Assembly: GCA_902563555.1 (NCBI GenBank)
Contig: CACEXM010000004.1
Coordinates: 6,174 to 70,173 of the forward strand
DNA from: an uncultured Pelagibacteraceae bacterium
GTDB lineage: Bacteria > Pseudomonadota > Alphaproteobacteria > Pelagibacterales > Pelagibacteraceae
Reading direction: 5' to 3'
Length of the DNA stretch: 64,000 nt
Shown here: positions 48,428-58,934 of the stretch, piece after piece
How positions within the stretch are numbered: position 1 is the stretch's first letter
Layout of the letters: every line of letters starts with the position of its first letter
Position numbers and translations under genes: made by a program
The notes under the pieces: model-generated
Database searches by the model: none
What the model was told of the DNA's origin: nothing
Seen by the model: the letters and a program-made list of their open reading frames with translations, nothing else

Positions 48428-49585
48428 ATGATATTAAGATTAAAAGACTGCCACAATTTTGCTGATTTTAGAAAACTTGCTAAGCTTAAGCTACCATCAC
48501 CTATTTTTCATTACATTGACGGAGCAGCCGATGATGAGATTACCTACGCCAGAAATACTAGTGCTTTTGACGATGTTGACTTGGTACCCAATGTTTTAAG
48601 AGGTGTTGAGGATGTTGATTTATCTACGACTATTTTTGGTAAAAAATTAGATTTACCATTTTATCTGTCACCAACAGCACTACAAAGACTTTTTCATTAT
48701 GACGGTGAAAGAGCAGTTGGGAAAGCTGCCAAAAAATTTAATACAATGTTTGGTGTCTCTGCTTTAGCCACTGTCAGTGTTGAGGAAATTTCCTCAATGA
48801 TTGATACACCTAAAATGTTTCAATTTTATTTTCATAAAGACAGAGGTTTAAACGACTCTTGCTTGGAAAGAGCAAAAGCTGCGAAATTTGATGTTATGGC
48901 TTTAACAGTTGATACTATTACTGGAGGAAATAGAGAGAGAGACTTAAGAACAGGATTTACCTCTCCACCAAAGTTAACTTTAGCAAGTTTATTTAGTTTT
49001 GCTACTAAACCGATGTGGGGAATTAATTATCTTACAAAAGGTAAGTTTGAATTACCTCATTTACAAGATTTCGTTAAAGAAGGTACTGATGTTAACTCAT
49101 CTATTGGAAATTATTTTTCAACTATGTTGGATCAATCTATGAATTGGAAAGACGCTGAAAATCTTTGTTCTAAATGGGGAGGTCATTTCGCTCTTAAAGG
49201 AGTTATGAGTGTAGAAGATGCAAAAAGAGCAGTAGACATAGGATGTACAGGTATAATGGTATCAAATCATGGTGGAAGACAGTTAGATGGATCTAGAGCG
49301 CCTTTTGATCAACTTGCAGAAATTGTTGATGCGGTTGGTGATAAATTAGACGTAATTTGTGAAGGTGGGATACATAGAGGTACACATATGCTTAAAGCAT
49401 TATCATTAGGTGCCAAGGCTTGTTCAGGAGGAAGATTATATCTCTATGCTTTAGCAGCTGGAGGTCAAGCAGGTGTAGAAAGAGCTTTAGAAAAATATAA
49501 AGCTGAACTAGTGCGTGATATGAAACTTATGGGCTGTACAAAAATAAGCGATTTAAGTCGAAATAATTTAAGATTCAGAATATAG
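48428..49585 (+). CDS. FMN-dependent alpha-hydroxy acid oxidase/dehydrogenase, paralog 1 (start moved to MILRLKDC)
   Basis: YIDG.A.DE, FQFY, LTVD, GNRERD, LKG, SNHGGRQLD. Confidence 0.93.
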   Translation: MILRLKDCHNFADFRKLAKLKLPSPIFHYIDGAADDEITYARNTSAFDDVDLVPNVLRGVEDVDLSTTIFGKKLDLPFYLSPTALQRLFHYDGERAVGKAAKKFNTMFGVSALATVSVEEISSMIDTPKMFQFYFHKDRGLNDSCLERAKAAKFDVMALTVDTITGGNRERDLRTGFTSPPKLTLASLFSFATKPMWGINYLTKGKFELPHLQDFVKEGTDVNSSIGNYFSTMLDQSMNWKDAENLCSKWGGHFALKGVMSVEDAKRAVDIGCTGIMVSNHGGRQLDGSRAPFDQLAEIVDAVGDKLDVICEGGIHRGTHMLKALSLGAKACSGGRLYLYALAAGGQAGVERALEKYKAELVRDMKLMGCTKISDLSRNNLRFRI

Positions 49586-50736
49586 TGAGTTTAAAAAATT
49601 GCTATAATTTTAAAGATTTTAGAAATTTAGCAAAAAAAAAATTACCATCACCAATTTTTCATTATATAGACGGTGGCTCAGATGATGAAGCTACTTTAAG
49701 AAGAAACACAGAATCATTTAATGAATGTGATTTAGTTCCGAATGTGTTAGCAAATGTTGGTAAACCTGACTTAACAACAACTTTATTTGGAAGGAAAATA
49801 GATATGCCAATTTTTCTTTCTCCAGCCGCAATGCAAAGACTTTATCACGTTGATGGTGACAAAGCATCAGCAAGAGCAGCAGAAAAATTTGGAACTTTTT
49901 ATAGCATGTCTTCGATGAGTAATAATTCTATTGAGGAGATAGCCAATATTTCTAGTGGTCCAAAATTATTTCAACTTTATGTTCATAAAGATAAATCAAT
50001 CACAGATGATTTGATTGATAGGTCAAGAAGATCAGGATTTGATGCAATGTGTTTGACTGTAGACACATTGGTAGCTGGAAACAGAGAAAAAGATCATAGA
50101 ACAGGATTTACAACACCTCCAAAACTTACATTAAAAAGCTTAATGAGTTTTGCAATGAGACCTAATTGGGTTTTTAATTATTTAACTGGAAAAAAATTTG
50201 AACTCTCAAATGTTAAAAAAAAAACAGACAAAGGAACGAACATTGCTAAATCAGTTATTGAGTATATTAATGAGCAGTATGATCCACTGATGGGATGGAA
50301 AGATGCAGAATATTGTGCAAAAAAATGGAATGGACCATTTGCTCTAAAAGGAGTTATGTCAGTTGAGGACGCAAAAAAGGCTGTTGATATTGGTTGTACT
50401 GCTATTATGATCTCAAATCATGGTGGTCGACAGCTAGATGGTTCTAGATCACCTTTTGATCAAGTGAAAGCAATTTCAGATGCAGTTGGCGATAAACTTG
50501 AGATTATTCTAGATGGAGGTATTAGAAGAGGCACGCATGTTTTAAAAGCATTAGCAGCTGGCGCAAAAGCATGTAGTTTTGGTAAAATGTTTTTGTTCTC
50601 TTTGGCCGCAGGGGGTCAGCAAGGTGTTGAACATTTACTTAAAAATATGCACGATGAGATTTATAGAAATATGGTTTTAATGGGTTGCAAAAGTTTAAAA
50701 GAGTTGAATAGTTCAAAATTAATCTATAGAAAATAG
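49585..50736 (+). CDS. FMN-dependent alpha-hydroxy acid oxidase/dehydrogenase, paralog 2
   Basis: YIDGG.DDE, FQLY, LTVD, GNRE.D, SNHGGRQLD, DGGIRRG; GTG overlaps upstream TAG. Confidence 0.93.
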   Translation: MSLKNCYNFKDFRNLAKKKLPSPIFHYIDGGSDDEATLRRNTESFNECDLVPNVLANVGKPDLTTTLFGRKIDMPIFLSPAAMQRLYHVDGDKASARAAEKFGTFYSMSSMSNNSIEEIANISSGPKLFQLYVHKDKSITDDLIDRSRRSGFDAMCLTVDTLVAGNREKDHRTGFTTPPKLTLKSLMSFAMRPNWVFNYLTGKKFELSNVKKKTDKGTNIAKSVIEYINEQYDPLMGWKDAEYCAKKWNGPFALKGVMSVEDAKKAVDIGCTAIMISNHGGRQLDGSRSPFDQVKAISDAVGDKLEIILDGGIRRGTHVLKALAAGAKACSFGKMFLFSLAAGGQQGVEHLLKNMHDEIYRNMVLMGCKSLKELNSSKLIYRK

Positions 50737-50746
50737 AGGGGTAATT

Positions 50747-51913
50747 ATGAAGTTAGCAAAAAGTTTAGATAGATTAGGCACAGAGTCTGCATTTACTGTT
50801 CTTGCAGAAGCAAAAAAATTAGAGGCACAAGGAAAGCCGATGATTCATTTGGGATTAGGACAGCCAGATTTTAAAACTCCTAAACATGTTGTTGAGGCTG
50901 CTAAAAAAGCATTAGATGATGGACATCATGGATATGTTATGTCAAATGGTATCCCAGAATGTCGACAAGCTGTTACAAGGTGGATTAAAAAACGTTACAA
51001 TGTAGATATTAATTTTGAAAGAATTCTAATTATGCCTGGTGGAAAACCTACTATGAGTTATGCCATCCAATGTTTTGGTGAACCAGGAGCAGAGATTATA
51101 CATCCAACACCTGCTTTTCCAATTTATGAGTCAATGATAAACTATACTGGTTCAACTTCTGTCCCATATGACTTAACAGAAAATAAAGATTTAAAATTTG
51201 ATCCAGATAAAATATTATCTATGATAACAGATAAAACTCGACTGTTAATTCTAATAAATCCGAATAATCCGACAGGAAGCTTTGTTGAAAAAAAAGACGT
51301 AGATGTTTTAGCTGACGGTCTGAAGAAGCACCCTCATGTTACAATACTTAGCGATGAAATTTATAGTAGACAAATTTTTGATGGAAAAGAAATGCCAACA
51401 TTTTTTAATTATCCAGAGTTAAGGGAAAGATTAATTGTATTAGAAGGATGGAGTAAAGCTTATTCCATGACTGGGTGGAGACTTGGTTGGAGCTTTTGGC
51501 CAGAACATTTAGTCGAACATGTTAATAAATTATTAATTAATAGTGTTTCATGTGTTAATGCTGCTGCTCAATTTGCCGGTATTGCTGCTTTAGATGGACC
51601 AGACGACTCAATTGATGCAATGATGGAAAAATTTACTCAAAGAAGAGATTTAATTTACAAAGGTTTAAATGATTTACCAGGTGTAGAATGTAGTTTACCT
51701 GGTGGGGCTTTCTATGCATTTCCTAAGGTAATCGGTACTGGTATGAATGGTGCAGAGTTTGCAAGGAAGGCTATGCATGAAGCAGGAGTTGCAATAGTTC
51801 CTGGATCAGCTTTTGGTGAAACTTGCCAAAATTACGTTAGATTTAGTTTTGCAGCATCAAGGGATAATATTTCTCAAGCTCTTGAAAATATAAAGAAAAT
51901 GCTGACTAAATAA
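50747..51913 (+). CDS. Class I/II PLP-dependent aminotransferase
   Basis: GQPDF.TP, NP.NPTG, SDEIY, SKAYSMTGWRLG, GAFY, R.SFA. Confidence 0.93.
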   Translation: MKLAKSLDRLGTESAFTVLAEAKKLEAQGKPMIHLGLGQPDFKTPKHVVEAAKKALDDGHHGYVMSNGIPECRQAVTRWIKKRYNVDINFERILIMPGGKPTMSYAIQCFGEPGAEIIHPTPAFPIYESMINYTGSTSVPYDLTENKDLKFDPDKILSMITDKTRLLILINPNNPTGSFVEKKDVDVLADGLKKHPHVTILSDEIYSRQIFDGKEMPTFFNYPELRERLIVLEGWSKAYSMTGWRLGWSFWPEHLVEHVNKLLINSVSCVNAAAQFAGIAALDGPDDSIDAMMEKFTQRRDLIYKGLNDLPGVECSLPGGAFYAFPKVIGTGMNGAEFARKAMHEAGVAIVPGSAFGETCQNYVRFSFAASRDNISQALENIKKMLTK

Positions 51914-51950
51914 GCTGTATTTTTGCTAAAATTTTTATTAATATTTATCA

Positions 51951-53324
51951 ATGAACGATCAAGTACAAGCTGAGTTAAAAAAGATTTTTAATGGTAGGTT
52001 TTCAACATCAGTATCGACTAGAGCAAACTATGCAAGGGGTGAAGATACGTATGATCCTATTCTATCAAAGGCAGTTGTATTTCCTGAGACTAATGAGGAA
52101 GTTTCTAAGATATTAAGCCTTTGCAACAAACATAAAATCCCAGTTGTTCCTTTTGGGACAGGAACCTCTTTAGAAGGAAACGTTGTGGGCCACGACAAGG
52201 GAATCACAATTAGTCTTGAAAAAATGAATAAAATTTTGAGTGTCAACGTTGAGGATTTTGATTGTAGAGTTCAAGCTTGTGTAACTAAAGAGCAGCTAAA
52301 TGATTATTTAAGGGAGGACGGAGTTTTCTTTCCAATCGATCCAGGAGCTAATGCAGCTATAGGTGGTATGGCGTCGACTTCAGCTTCGGGAACCATGGCA
52401 GTAAAATATGGCACGATGAAAACTGTAATAACTGGTTTAACTGTAATTTTGCCTAATGGAGATATTATTAATACAGGTAGCAGAACTAAAAAAACCTCAG
52501 CAGGTTACAATTTGACAAATTTATTTATTGGTTCAGAGGGAACTTTGGGGATTATAACAGAAATTCAATTGAGATTATCCCCAATACCAGAGAGTATTAT
52601 GTCAGCTGTATGTCACTTTCCTACTTTAGAAAGCGCAGTTCAGACCGCTCAACAGGTTATTCAATATGGTGTGCCTATTGCTAGGATTGAAATGCTTAAT
52701 AAAGATCAAATGGAAATTAGTATTAATTACTCAAAATTAAAAGATATTGAAGCAGTCCCAACTTTATTTTTTGAGTTTCACGGAACAGAGGGATCAAATA
52801 AAGAGAATATAAAAATCGTTGAGGAAATCTCAAAGGATAATAATGGAAGTTCTTTTAAATGGGCAAAAGATTTAGAGGAAAGAAATAAACTTTGGAAAGC
52901 TAGGTGGGATGTTTATTACTCTGTTAAAGCATTAATCAACAATGGGAGAGTTTATTCTACAGATGTTTGTTTACCTATTTCCAAAATCACTGAGTGCGTA
53001 AATTTTGCTGAGGCGCAAACAAAAAAGCTTGGTTTGAGAGCTCCAATGGTAGGTCATTTAGGTGATGGAAATTTTCATGTAATTTTACCTTATGATCCAA
53101 AAGAAGAGGGAACCTATAACAAAATAAGAGACTTTAGTGATCTTTTAATTGAAAAAACTTTAGAACTTAATGGTACGATAACAGGTGAGCACGGAGTTGG
53201 ATTACACAAAAAAGCTTATTTATTGAAAGAACATGGCGACTGCATTCCATTAATGAAATCTATAAAAAGAAGTATTGATCAAAATAATATTATGAATCCT
53301 GGCAAGATATTTGATCTTAATTAG
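51951..53324 (+). CDS. FAD-linked oxidase, D-lactate dehydrogenase/GlcD family
   Basis: G.GTSLEG, FPIDPG, GSEGTLG, GH.GDGNFH, TGEHGVG, MNPGK. Confidence 0.92.
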   Translation: MNDQVQAELKKIFNGRFSTSVSTRANYARGEDTYDPILSKAVVFPETNEEVSKILSLCNKHKIPVVPFGTGTSLEGNVVGHDKGITISLEKMNKILSVNVEDFDCRVQACVTKEQLNDYLREDGVFFPIDPGANAAIGGMASTSASGTMAVKYGTMKTVITGLTVILPNGDIINTGSRTKKTSAGYNLTNLFIGSEGTLGIITEIQLRLSPIPESIMSAVCHFPTLESAVQTAQQVIQYGVPIARIEMLNKDQMEISINYSKLKDIEAVPTLFFEFHGTEGSNKENIKIVEEISKDNNGSSFKWAKDLEERNKLWKARWDVYYSVKALINNGRVYSTDVCLPISKITECVNFAEAQTKKLGLRAPMVGHLGDGNFHVILPYDPKEEGTYNKIRDFSDLLIEKTLELNGTITGEHGVGLHKKAYLLKEHGDCIPLMKSIKRSIDQNNIMNPGKIFDLN

Positions 53325-53341
53325 TTCAATTTAGATATTTT

Positions 53342-54295
53342 ATGAAAAAAATTCTAATTACAAGAAAGTTGATTAAAGAAAGCGAAGACAAAGCTGTTAA
53401 AACTTTTAAACCAATATTTAACACTAATGATGAACTGTACTCACAAACAAAAGTTATAGAAATGAGTAATGGGTGTGATGGAATTTTATCATCACTCACT
53501 GACAAAATGGACAAACAGACTATTGATAAACTACCTGATACTATCAAGATAATATCAAATTTTGCTGTTGGATTTGGAAACATTGATTTAGAGGCTGCAA
53601 AGAGTAGAGGTATTGCTGTTACAAATACTCCTGAGGTATTATCTGATGCAACTGCAGAGATAGGAATACTTTTAATTCTTGGTGCATGCAGAAGAGCTGC
53701 AGAGGGCATACAGTCAGCACAAGAAGGTGGATGGAAATGGTCAGCAGATTATTTAATTGGTAAGCAATTAACGGGAACAAGATTAGGAGTTTTAGGAATG
53801 GGAAGAATAGGTCAAAAAATTGCTAAAATTGCTAGATCATTAGGAATGATAATTCATTATCACAACAGATCCAAACTTAGTGAGGAAAAAGAACAAGGCG
53901 CTGTTTATCATAAAGATATAAAAAGTCTTTTTTCTGTCTCTGATGTTTTATCTATTTGTTGTCCTGCAACAAAAGAAACAGAGAACATGATTAACAAGGA
54001 AACAGTAGAGTATTTTCCAAAAGGTGCAGTAATAACCAATGTAGCTAGAGGAGACATTGTTGATGATGAGGCTTTAATAGATGCTTTAAATAGAAGAAAA
54101 ATTTATGCAGTAGGTCTTGATGTTTATAAAAATGAGCCAAACCTAAATCCAGGGTATAGTAAAATTAAATCAGCATTTATTTTACCTCACCTTGGTAGTG
54201 CAACGAAGGACACAAGAATTGCAATGGCTAACTTAGCTATAGATAATATTGATGAGTTTTTTAAAACTGGAAATTGTAAAAATAAAGTCAATTAA
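53342..54295 (+). CDS. D-2-hydroxyacid dehydrogenase (glyoxylate/hydroxypyruvate reductase-like)
   Basis: VTNTP.VL, GMGRIG, NVARG, GLDV...EP, PHLGSAT. Confidence 0.93.
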   Translation: MKKILITRKLIKESEDKAVKTFKPIFNTNDELYSQTKVIEMSNGCDGILSSLTDKMDKQTIDKLPDTIKIISNFAVGFGNIDLEAAKSRGIAVTNTPEVLSDATAEIGILLILGACRRAAEGIQSAQEGGWKWSADYLIGKQLTGTRLGVLGMGRIGQKIAKIARSLGMIIHYHNRSKLSEEKEQGAVYHKDIKSLFSVSDVLSICCPATKETENMINKETVEYFPKGAVITNVARGDIVDDEALIDALNRRKIYAVGLDVYKNEPNLNPGYSKIKSAFILPHLGSATKDTRIAMANLAIDNIDEFFKTGNCKNKVN

Positions 54296-54412
54296 TTCTA
54301 CCTTGGATTGAATAAAATTCAACTTCTGCGACATCTACGCTACTTTTTAGAAAGACTCCAATCTCAAACTATGCTTAAATTCGCCAGTTAATTAACTGTA
54401 ATAGGAGAAATA

Positions 54413-55567
54413 ATGACTAAAGAAAATAAATCATTGAAGGTGAAAACATCTTCAAGACGTAAGTTCTTTAAGACTGCTGCGAAGACAGGTGCTTTAGCTG
54501 CAGCCGCTGTTGCAATGCCATACGTAAAGGCAAATGCAGCAACTACATTAAAGATGCAAGCTGCATGGCCTAGTGGAGCAAACATTTTTTTTGAAATGGC
54601 TGGAGACTATTGTAACATGGTAAAAGAAATGTCTGGAGGATCTCTTCAGATTGATCTTCAACCAGTTGGAGCAGTTGTAAAGACTTCAGAAATCGGACAA
54701 GCGGTTAGTTCCGGTGTAGTAGATATGGGTCACTGGGTGACTGCATATTGGTATGGTAAAAATCCTGCTGCATCATTATTTGGAACTGGTCCTTCATACG
54801 GAATGTCATCTCAAGAAGTAATGGGATGGATGGAGTATGGTGGAGGAAGAAAACTATATGACGAAACACTTGCAAAAGTTGGTTTCGATTATATTGGTTT
54901 TTTCCATATGCCTATGCCAGCACAGCCTTTTGGTTGGTTCAAAAAGAACGTAACTAAAGTATCTGATGTTAAAGGTATGAAGTACAGAACTGTTGGTTTA
55001 GCGACTAACGTTTTGACTGCAATGGGAATGGTAGTTAGACAGTTACCAGGTGGTGAAATCCAACCAGCAATGAAAACTGGTTTGATTGAAGCTGCTGAGT
55101 TTAACAACCCGACTTCAGACTCTCAATTTGGTATGCAAGATGTTTCTAAGCATTATCACTTAGGAAGCTTCCACCAATCTCAAGAGATGTTTGAAATTCC
55201 AGTTAACAAAAAAACATACAACAGTTTATCACCTGCACATCAAGCAATATTGAAAAATGCTGCTTATGCTGCAAACAGTGATAACTACTTTAAAGCTTTA
55301 GTAAGATACTCAGCTGACTTAGCTAAGTTAATGAATGAGCATAAAGTAAATGTGTATCAAACTTCAGATGAGATTTTAGCTCAACAATTAAAAGGTTGGG
55401 ATAAAGTTATCGGCGATTTCAATAAGAAAGATCCTTTCTTTAAGAAAATCGTAGATTCTCAAAAATCATATGCGAAGAGAGTAATGAAATACTTGCTGAT
55501 GAATCAGCCAAATTACAAACTTGCATACGAAAATGAGTTTGGTCCAATAGGAAAAGTTAAACTGTAA
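54413..55567 (+). CDS. dctP: TRAP substrate-binding protein, TakP-like, with Tat signal
   Basis: SRRKFFK twin-arginine motif, GWF.K, G.K.R..G, LPGGEI, AAEF; AGGAG RBS. Confidence 0.9.
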   Translation: MTKENKSLKVKTSSRRKFFKTAAKTGALAAAAVAMPYVKANAATTLKMQAAWPSGANIFFEMAGDYCNMVKEMSGGSLQIDLQPVGAVVKTSEIGQAVSSGVVDMGHWVTAYWYGKNPAASLFGTGPSYGMSSQEVMGWMEYGGGRKLYDETLAKVGFDYIGFFHMPMPAQPFGWFKKNVTKVSDVKGMKYRTVGLATNVLTAMGMVVRQLPGGEIQPAMKTGLIEAAEFNNPTSDSQFGMQDVSKHYHLGSFHQSQEMFEIPVNKKTYNSLSPAHQAILKNAAYAANSDNYFKALVRYSADLAKLMNEHKVNVYQTSDEILAQQLKGWDKVIGDFNKKDPFFKKIVDSQKSYAKRVMKYLLMNQPNYKLAYENEFGPIGKVKL

Positions 55568-55586
55568 TTAACTTTTAATAAAATTT

Positions 55587-55612
55587 AAAGGGGGGCTTAG
55601 GCCCCCTTTTTT
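55587..55612 (+). terminator. Rho-independent terminator between dctP and dctQ
   Basis: GGGGGC-TTAG-GCCCCC followed by TTTTTT. Confidence 0.9.
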
Positions 55613-55652
55613 ATTTGATTAATCCAATACAATTCAATAAAAGTTTATATCT

Positions 55653-56246
55653 ATGATGAGATCTTACATAAAATTTGCTGATAGATTAAGTGTCTCAATG
55701 GGTAAAGCTTTCTCATGGTGCATCGTAATTTTAATGGGAGGAACTTGTTATGAAGTTTTCATGGCGTACGCTTTAAATGCACCAACTTTATGGAATTTTG
55801 ATTTTAGCCTTCAAATGTACGGTGCAATTTTTATGATGGCAGGTGCATACACTTTATGTACAGAAGCGCATGTTAGAGGAGACGTTATTTACAGATTATT
55901 TCCTCAAAGAACACAAGCTTGGATAGATGTAGTTTTATATTTTATTTTCTTTTTCCCTGGTGTTATTGCATTAGCTTTTTATGGTTACGAATATGCAGCG
56001 CTTGCATGGAAAATTAAAGAAACAAGTTGGAACAGCCCGGCTCAAATTCAAATTTACATGGCAAAATCTTTGATACCTTTGTCTGGAACTTTATTAACTC
56101 TCCAAGGAATAAGTGAGGTGTTTAGATGTATCATATGTATAAAAACTGGTAGTTGGCCAGAAAGAGGAACTGAACGTGATGCTGAAGAGACTGAAAAAGT
56201 ATTAATGAGAACTTCACAAGAAGGAAATAAAGAAGATGTTATTTAG
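55653..56246 (+). CDS. dctQ: TRAP transporter small permease
   Basis: Four TM helices, GAYTL....HVR.DV; follows dctP. Confidence 0.9.
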   Translation: MMRSYIKFADRLSVSMGKAFSWCIVILMGGTCYEVFMAYALNAPTLWNFDFSLQMYGAIFMMAGAYTLCTEAHVRGDVIYRLFPQRTQAWIDVVLYFIFFFPGVIALAFYGYEYAALAWKIKETSWNSPAQIQIYMAKSLIPLSGTLLTLQGISEVFRCIICIKTGSWPERGTERDAEETEKVLMRTSQEGNKEDVI

Positions 56247-57597
56247 TCTAACTAATCCTGAAGTGGCAATTATGATGATGGGTATATTTTTATTTGCCGT
56301 ATTATTAGGTTTTCCGATTGCGTTCACTTTAATGGCAATGGGATTAGGTTTTGGATATTATGCTTACTTTGATCCAACTAAGATGGAACATCTCTTTGAT
56401 AATAGGATATTCCAACTTTTTGTTCAAAATACCTACACTGTCATGGATAACAACGTGCTTACCGCGGTTCCGCTCTTTTTGTTTATGGGATATTTGGTTG
56501 AAAGAGCAGGTATCGTAGCAAAATTATTTTTTGCAATTAGATTAGCATCTCATAAGCTTCCTGCATCAATGGCAGTTGCAGCATTGATTACGTGTGCATT
56601 GTTCTCAACAGCTACAGGTATTATCGGTGCAGTTGTTACTTTAATGGGATTACTAGCATGGCCTGCCATGATTAAAGCGGGTTATGATAAAAAATTTGCC
56701 TCTGGAATAATTTGCTCAGGTGGGTGTTTAGGAATTTTAATTCCACCTAGCATTATGTTGATTGTTTACTCCGTAATTGCTCAACTATCGCCCCTAAGAT
56801 TATTTGCCGCTGCAATTTTTCCAGGACTTATGTTAGCTGGACTTTACATTGCCTATGCAGTGTTCAGAGCTTGGTTAAATCCATCGATAGCACCAAAACC
56901 TGCTGCAGAGGAAATACCGCCTACAGCAGTAATCATGAAAGAGGTTCTTGTTTCTTTTTTACCTTTATTTTCTTTAATAATTTTAGTTCTAGGTACAATT
57001 TTGGCTGGAATTGCAACTCCTGCTGAGGCTGCAGCAGTGGGGGCATTTGGTTCATTAGTACTCTCATATTTTTACAAAACTCTTAAATGGAAAAATTTCA
57101 AAGAGTCTGTCTTTCTGACAGCTAAAACAACTGCAATGATTATGTGGTTATTCATAGGATCGTGGACATTTGCTTCTGTATTTTCTTATCTTGGTGGTCA
57201 CGAAGTTTTTGAACATTTTTTTAAATCTCTAAATTTACAGCCTTGGCAATTTTTAGTAATTACACAATTGATTATATTTTTATTAGGTTGGCCATTAGAG
57301 TGGACAGAAATATTAATTATTTTTGTGCCGATATTTTTACCATTAGTTGAATTTTTTGGAGTTAACCCATATTTCTTTGCAATGTTAATTGCGTTAAATT
57401 TGCAAACCTCATTTTTAACACCCCCCATGGCAATGTCTGCCTACTACTTAAAGGGAGTTCAATCAAAGAATGTAGAATTAATGCAGATCTTCGGAGGAAT
57501 AATGCCATTTTTAGGTATTGTGATTTTAGCGATGGTTTTAATGTATTTATTTCCAGGTATAGCACTTTGGTTACCAGAGACATTATTTGCAAATTAA
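56236..57597 (+). CDS. dctM: TRAP transporter large permease
   Basis: AVPLF.FMG, G.LGILIPPS, TP.EAA, QTSFLTPP. Confidence 0.93.
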   Translation: MLFSLTNPEVAIMMMGIFLFAVLLGFPIAFTLMAMGLGFGYYAYFDPTKMEHLFDNRIFQLFVQNTYTVMDNNVLTAVPLFLFMGYLVERAGIVAKLFFAIRLASHKLPASMAVAALITCALFSTATGIIGAVVTLMGLLAWPAMIKAGYDKKFASGIICSGGCLGILIPPSIMLIVYSVIAQLSPLRLFAAAIFPGLMLAGLYIAYAVFRAWLNPSIAPKPAAEEIPPTAVIMKEVLVSFLPLFSLIILVLGTILAGIATPAEAAAVGAFGSLVLSYFYKTLKWKNFKESVFLTAKTTAMIMWLFIGSWTFASVFSYLGGHEVFEHFFKSLNLQPWQFLVITQLIIFLLGWPLEWTEILIIFVPIFLPLVEFFGVNPYFFAMLIALNLQTSFLTPPMAMSAYYLKGVQSKNVELMQIFGGIMPFLGIVILAMVLMYLFPGIALWLPETLFAN

Positions 57598-57604
57598 TTT
57601 TTAA

Positions 57605-58933
57605 ATGACAGATATATTTTCTTTAAGTCTCGAAGAACTTGCATCCAAGATTAAAGATGCCCAACTCACTTCAGTTGATGTTTGTGAAAAGTATATTGAA
57701 AGAATAAACAAATTTGACAAAGATATAAAAGCATGGGCCCATTTTGATAAAAAAGTTTTGTTGGAAAAAGCTTCTGAGGCTGATGATCATAGAAGATCTG
57801 GAAAACCAACTGGTCCACTTCACGGTGTACCCATTGCGGTTAAAGACATCATTGGCACAGTTGATATGCCAACAGAATGTGGAACAGTTATAAGAAAAGG
57901 TAAATCATATTCACAAAATGCAGAAATAATAGATTTGCTTCATGCATCCGGAGCAATTGTAATGGGTAAAACAGCAACCTCAGAACTTGCTTACCTAGGA
58001 CCTCCGGCAACTACAAATCCCCACGATAAAACAAGAACACCAGGTGGTTCTTCAAGCGGATCTGCAGCATCTGTGGCTTCTTTTATGGCACCTGCATCAA
58101 TTGGATCTCAAACTGGTGGATCCATTATTAGACCAGCATCTTATTGTGGAGTAGTGGGATATAAGCCTAGTTACGGATTAATATCTAGAAATGGTGTTTT
58201 GAGAACATCTTATAGTCTGGATCATATAGGAATTTTTGGAAGAAAAGTTGAAGATGTAGCTATGTTGGCAAAAGTTCTCATAAAAAAAGATAAATTTGAT
58301 CCAGCAACCATACATTACTCGACAGAAAATATTTTATCTGAAACAAAAAAAGGACCTCTGTTTGATCCAAAATTTATTTTTTATAAAACCGAACATTGGA
58401 AACTAGTAGATAAAAAGTCTAGAGAGTCATTTGAATACTTCATAAAATCATTTAAAAAGAATATTGAGATTTTTGACACTCCTTCTTATTTTAAGGATAT
58501 ACATAAATACCATCAAATTATTCATGAGACTGATTTAGCAAATAATTTTTCAGTTTATTTTAAAAAATTTAAAAAAAAATTGTCTAAGTATATGCAAGAT
58601 GCAATCACAAGAGGAAATAAATATTCGGCCAAAGAATATGCAGAGGCAATTGATTTTATAAAAAGAAGTTATGAGTCATACCAAGAAGTTTTTGAGGATT
58701 ATCATGGAGTATTGTCGCCAGCTAGTCCGGGTGTTGCGCCCACAGGTTTAAAAAGTACAGGAACAGCGGAATTTAATAAAGTTTGGTCTTATCTTGGTAC
58801 GCCATGTATTTCGTTACCTTTACTTGAGGGGGAAAATAATTTACCATTAGGTGTTCAATTAATTGGCAATAAATATGATGATCATAGATTTTTAGGAGTT
58901 GCTAATTGGTTAGAGAAAGAATGTCAGGAATAA
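57605..58933 (+). CDS. Amidase-signature family amidase
   Basis: GPLHGVP.AVKD, TPGGSSSGS, GSQTGGS.IRPA.YCG. Confidence 0.93.
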   Translation: MTDIFSLSLEELASKIKDAQLTSVDVCEKYIERINKFDKDIKAWAHFDKKVLLEKASEADDHRRSGKPTGPLHGVPIAVKDIIGTVDMPTECGTVIRKGKSYSQNAEIIDLLHASGAIVMGKTATSELAYLGPPATTNPHDKTRTPGGSSSGSAASVASFMAPASIGSQTGGSIIRPASYCGVVGYKPSYGLISRNGVLRTSYSLDHIGIFGRKVEDVAMLAKVLIKKDKFDPATIHYSTENILSETKKGPLFDPKFIFYKTEHWKLVDKKSRESFEYFIKSFKKNIEIFDTPSYFKDIHKYHQIIHETDLANNFSVYFKKFKKKLSKYMQDAITRGNKYSAKEYAEAIDFIKRSYESYQEVFEDYHGVLSPASPGVAPTGLKSTGTAEFNKVWSYLGTPCISLPLLEGENNLPLGVQLIGNKYDDHRFLGVANWLEKECQE

Positions 58934-58934
58934 A

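Noticed and set aside
54296-54412. Riboswitch upstream of dctP
   Set aside because: No glycine, SAM, TPP or cobalamin aptamer consensus visible; only a short dyad
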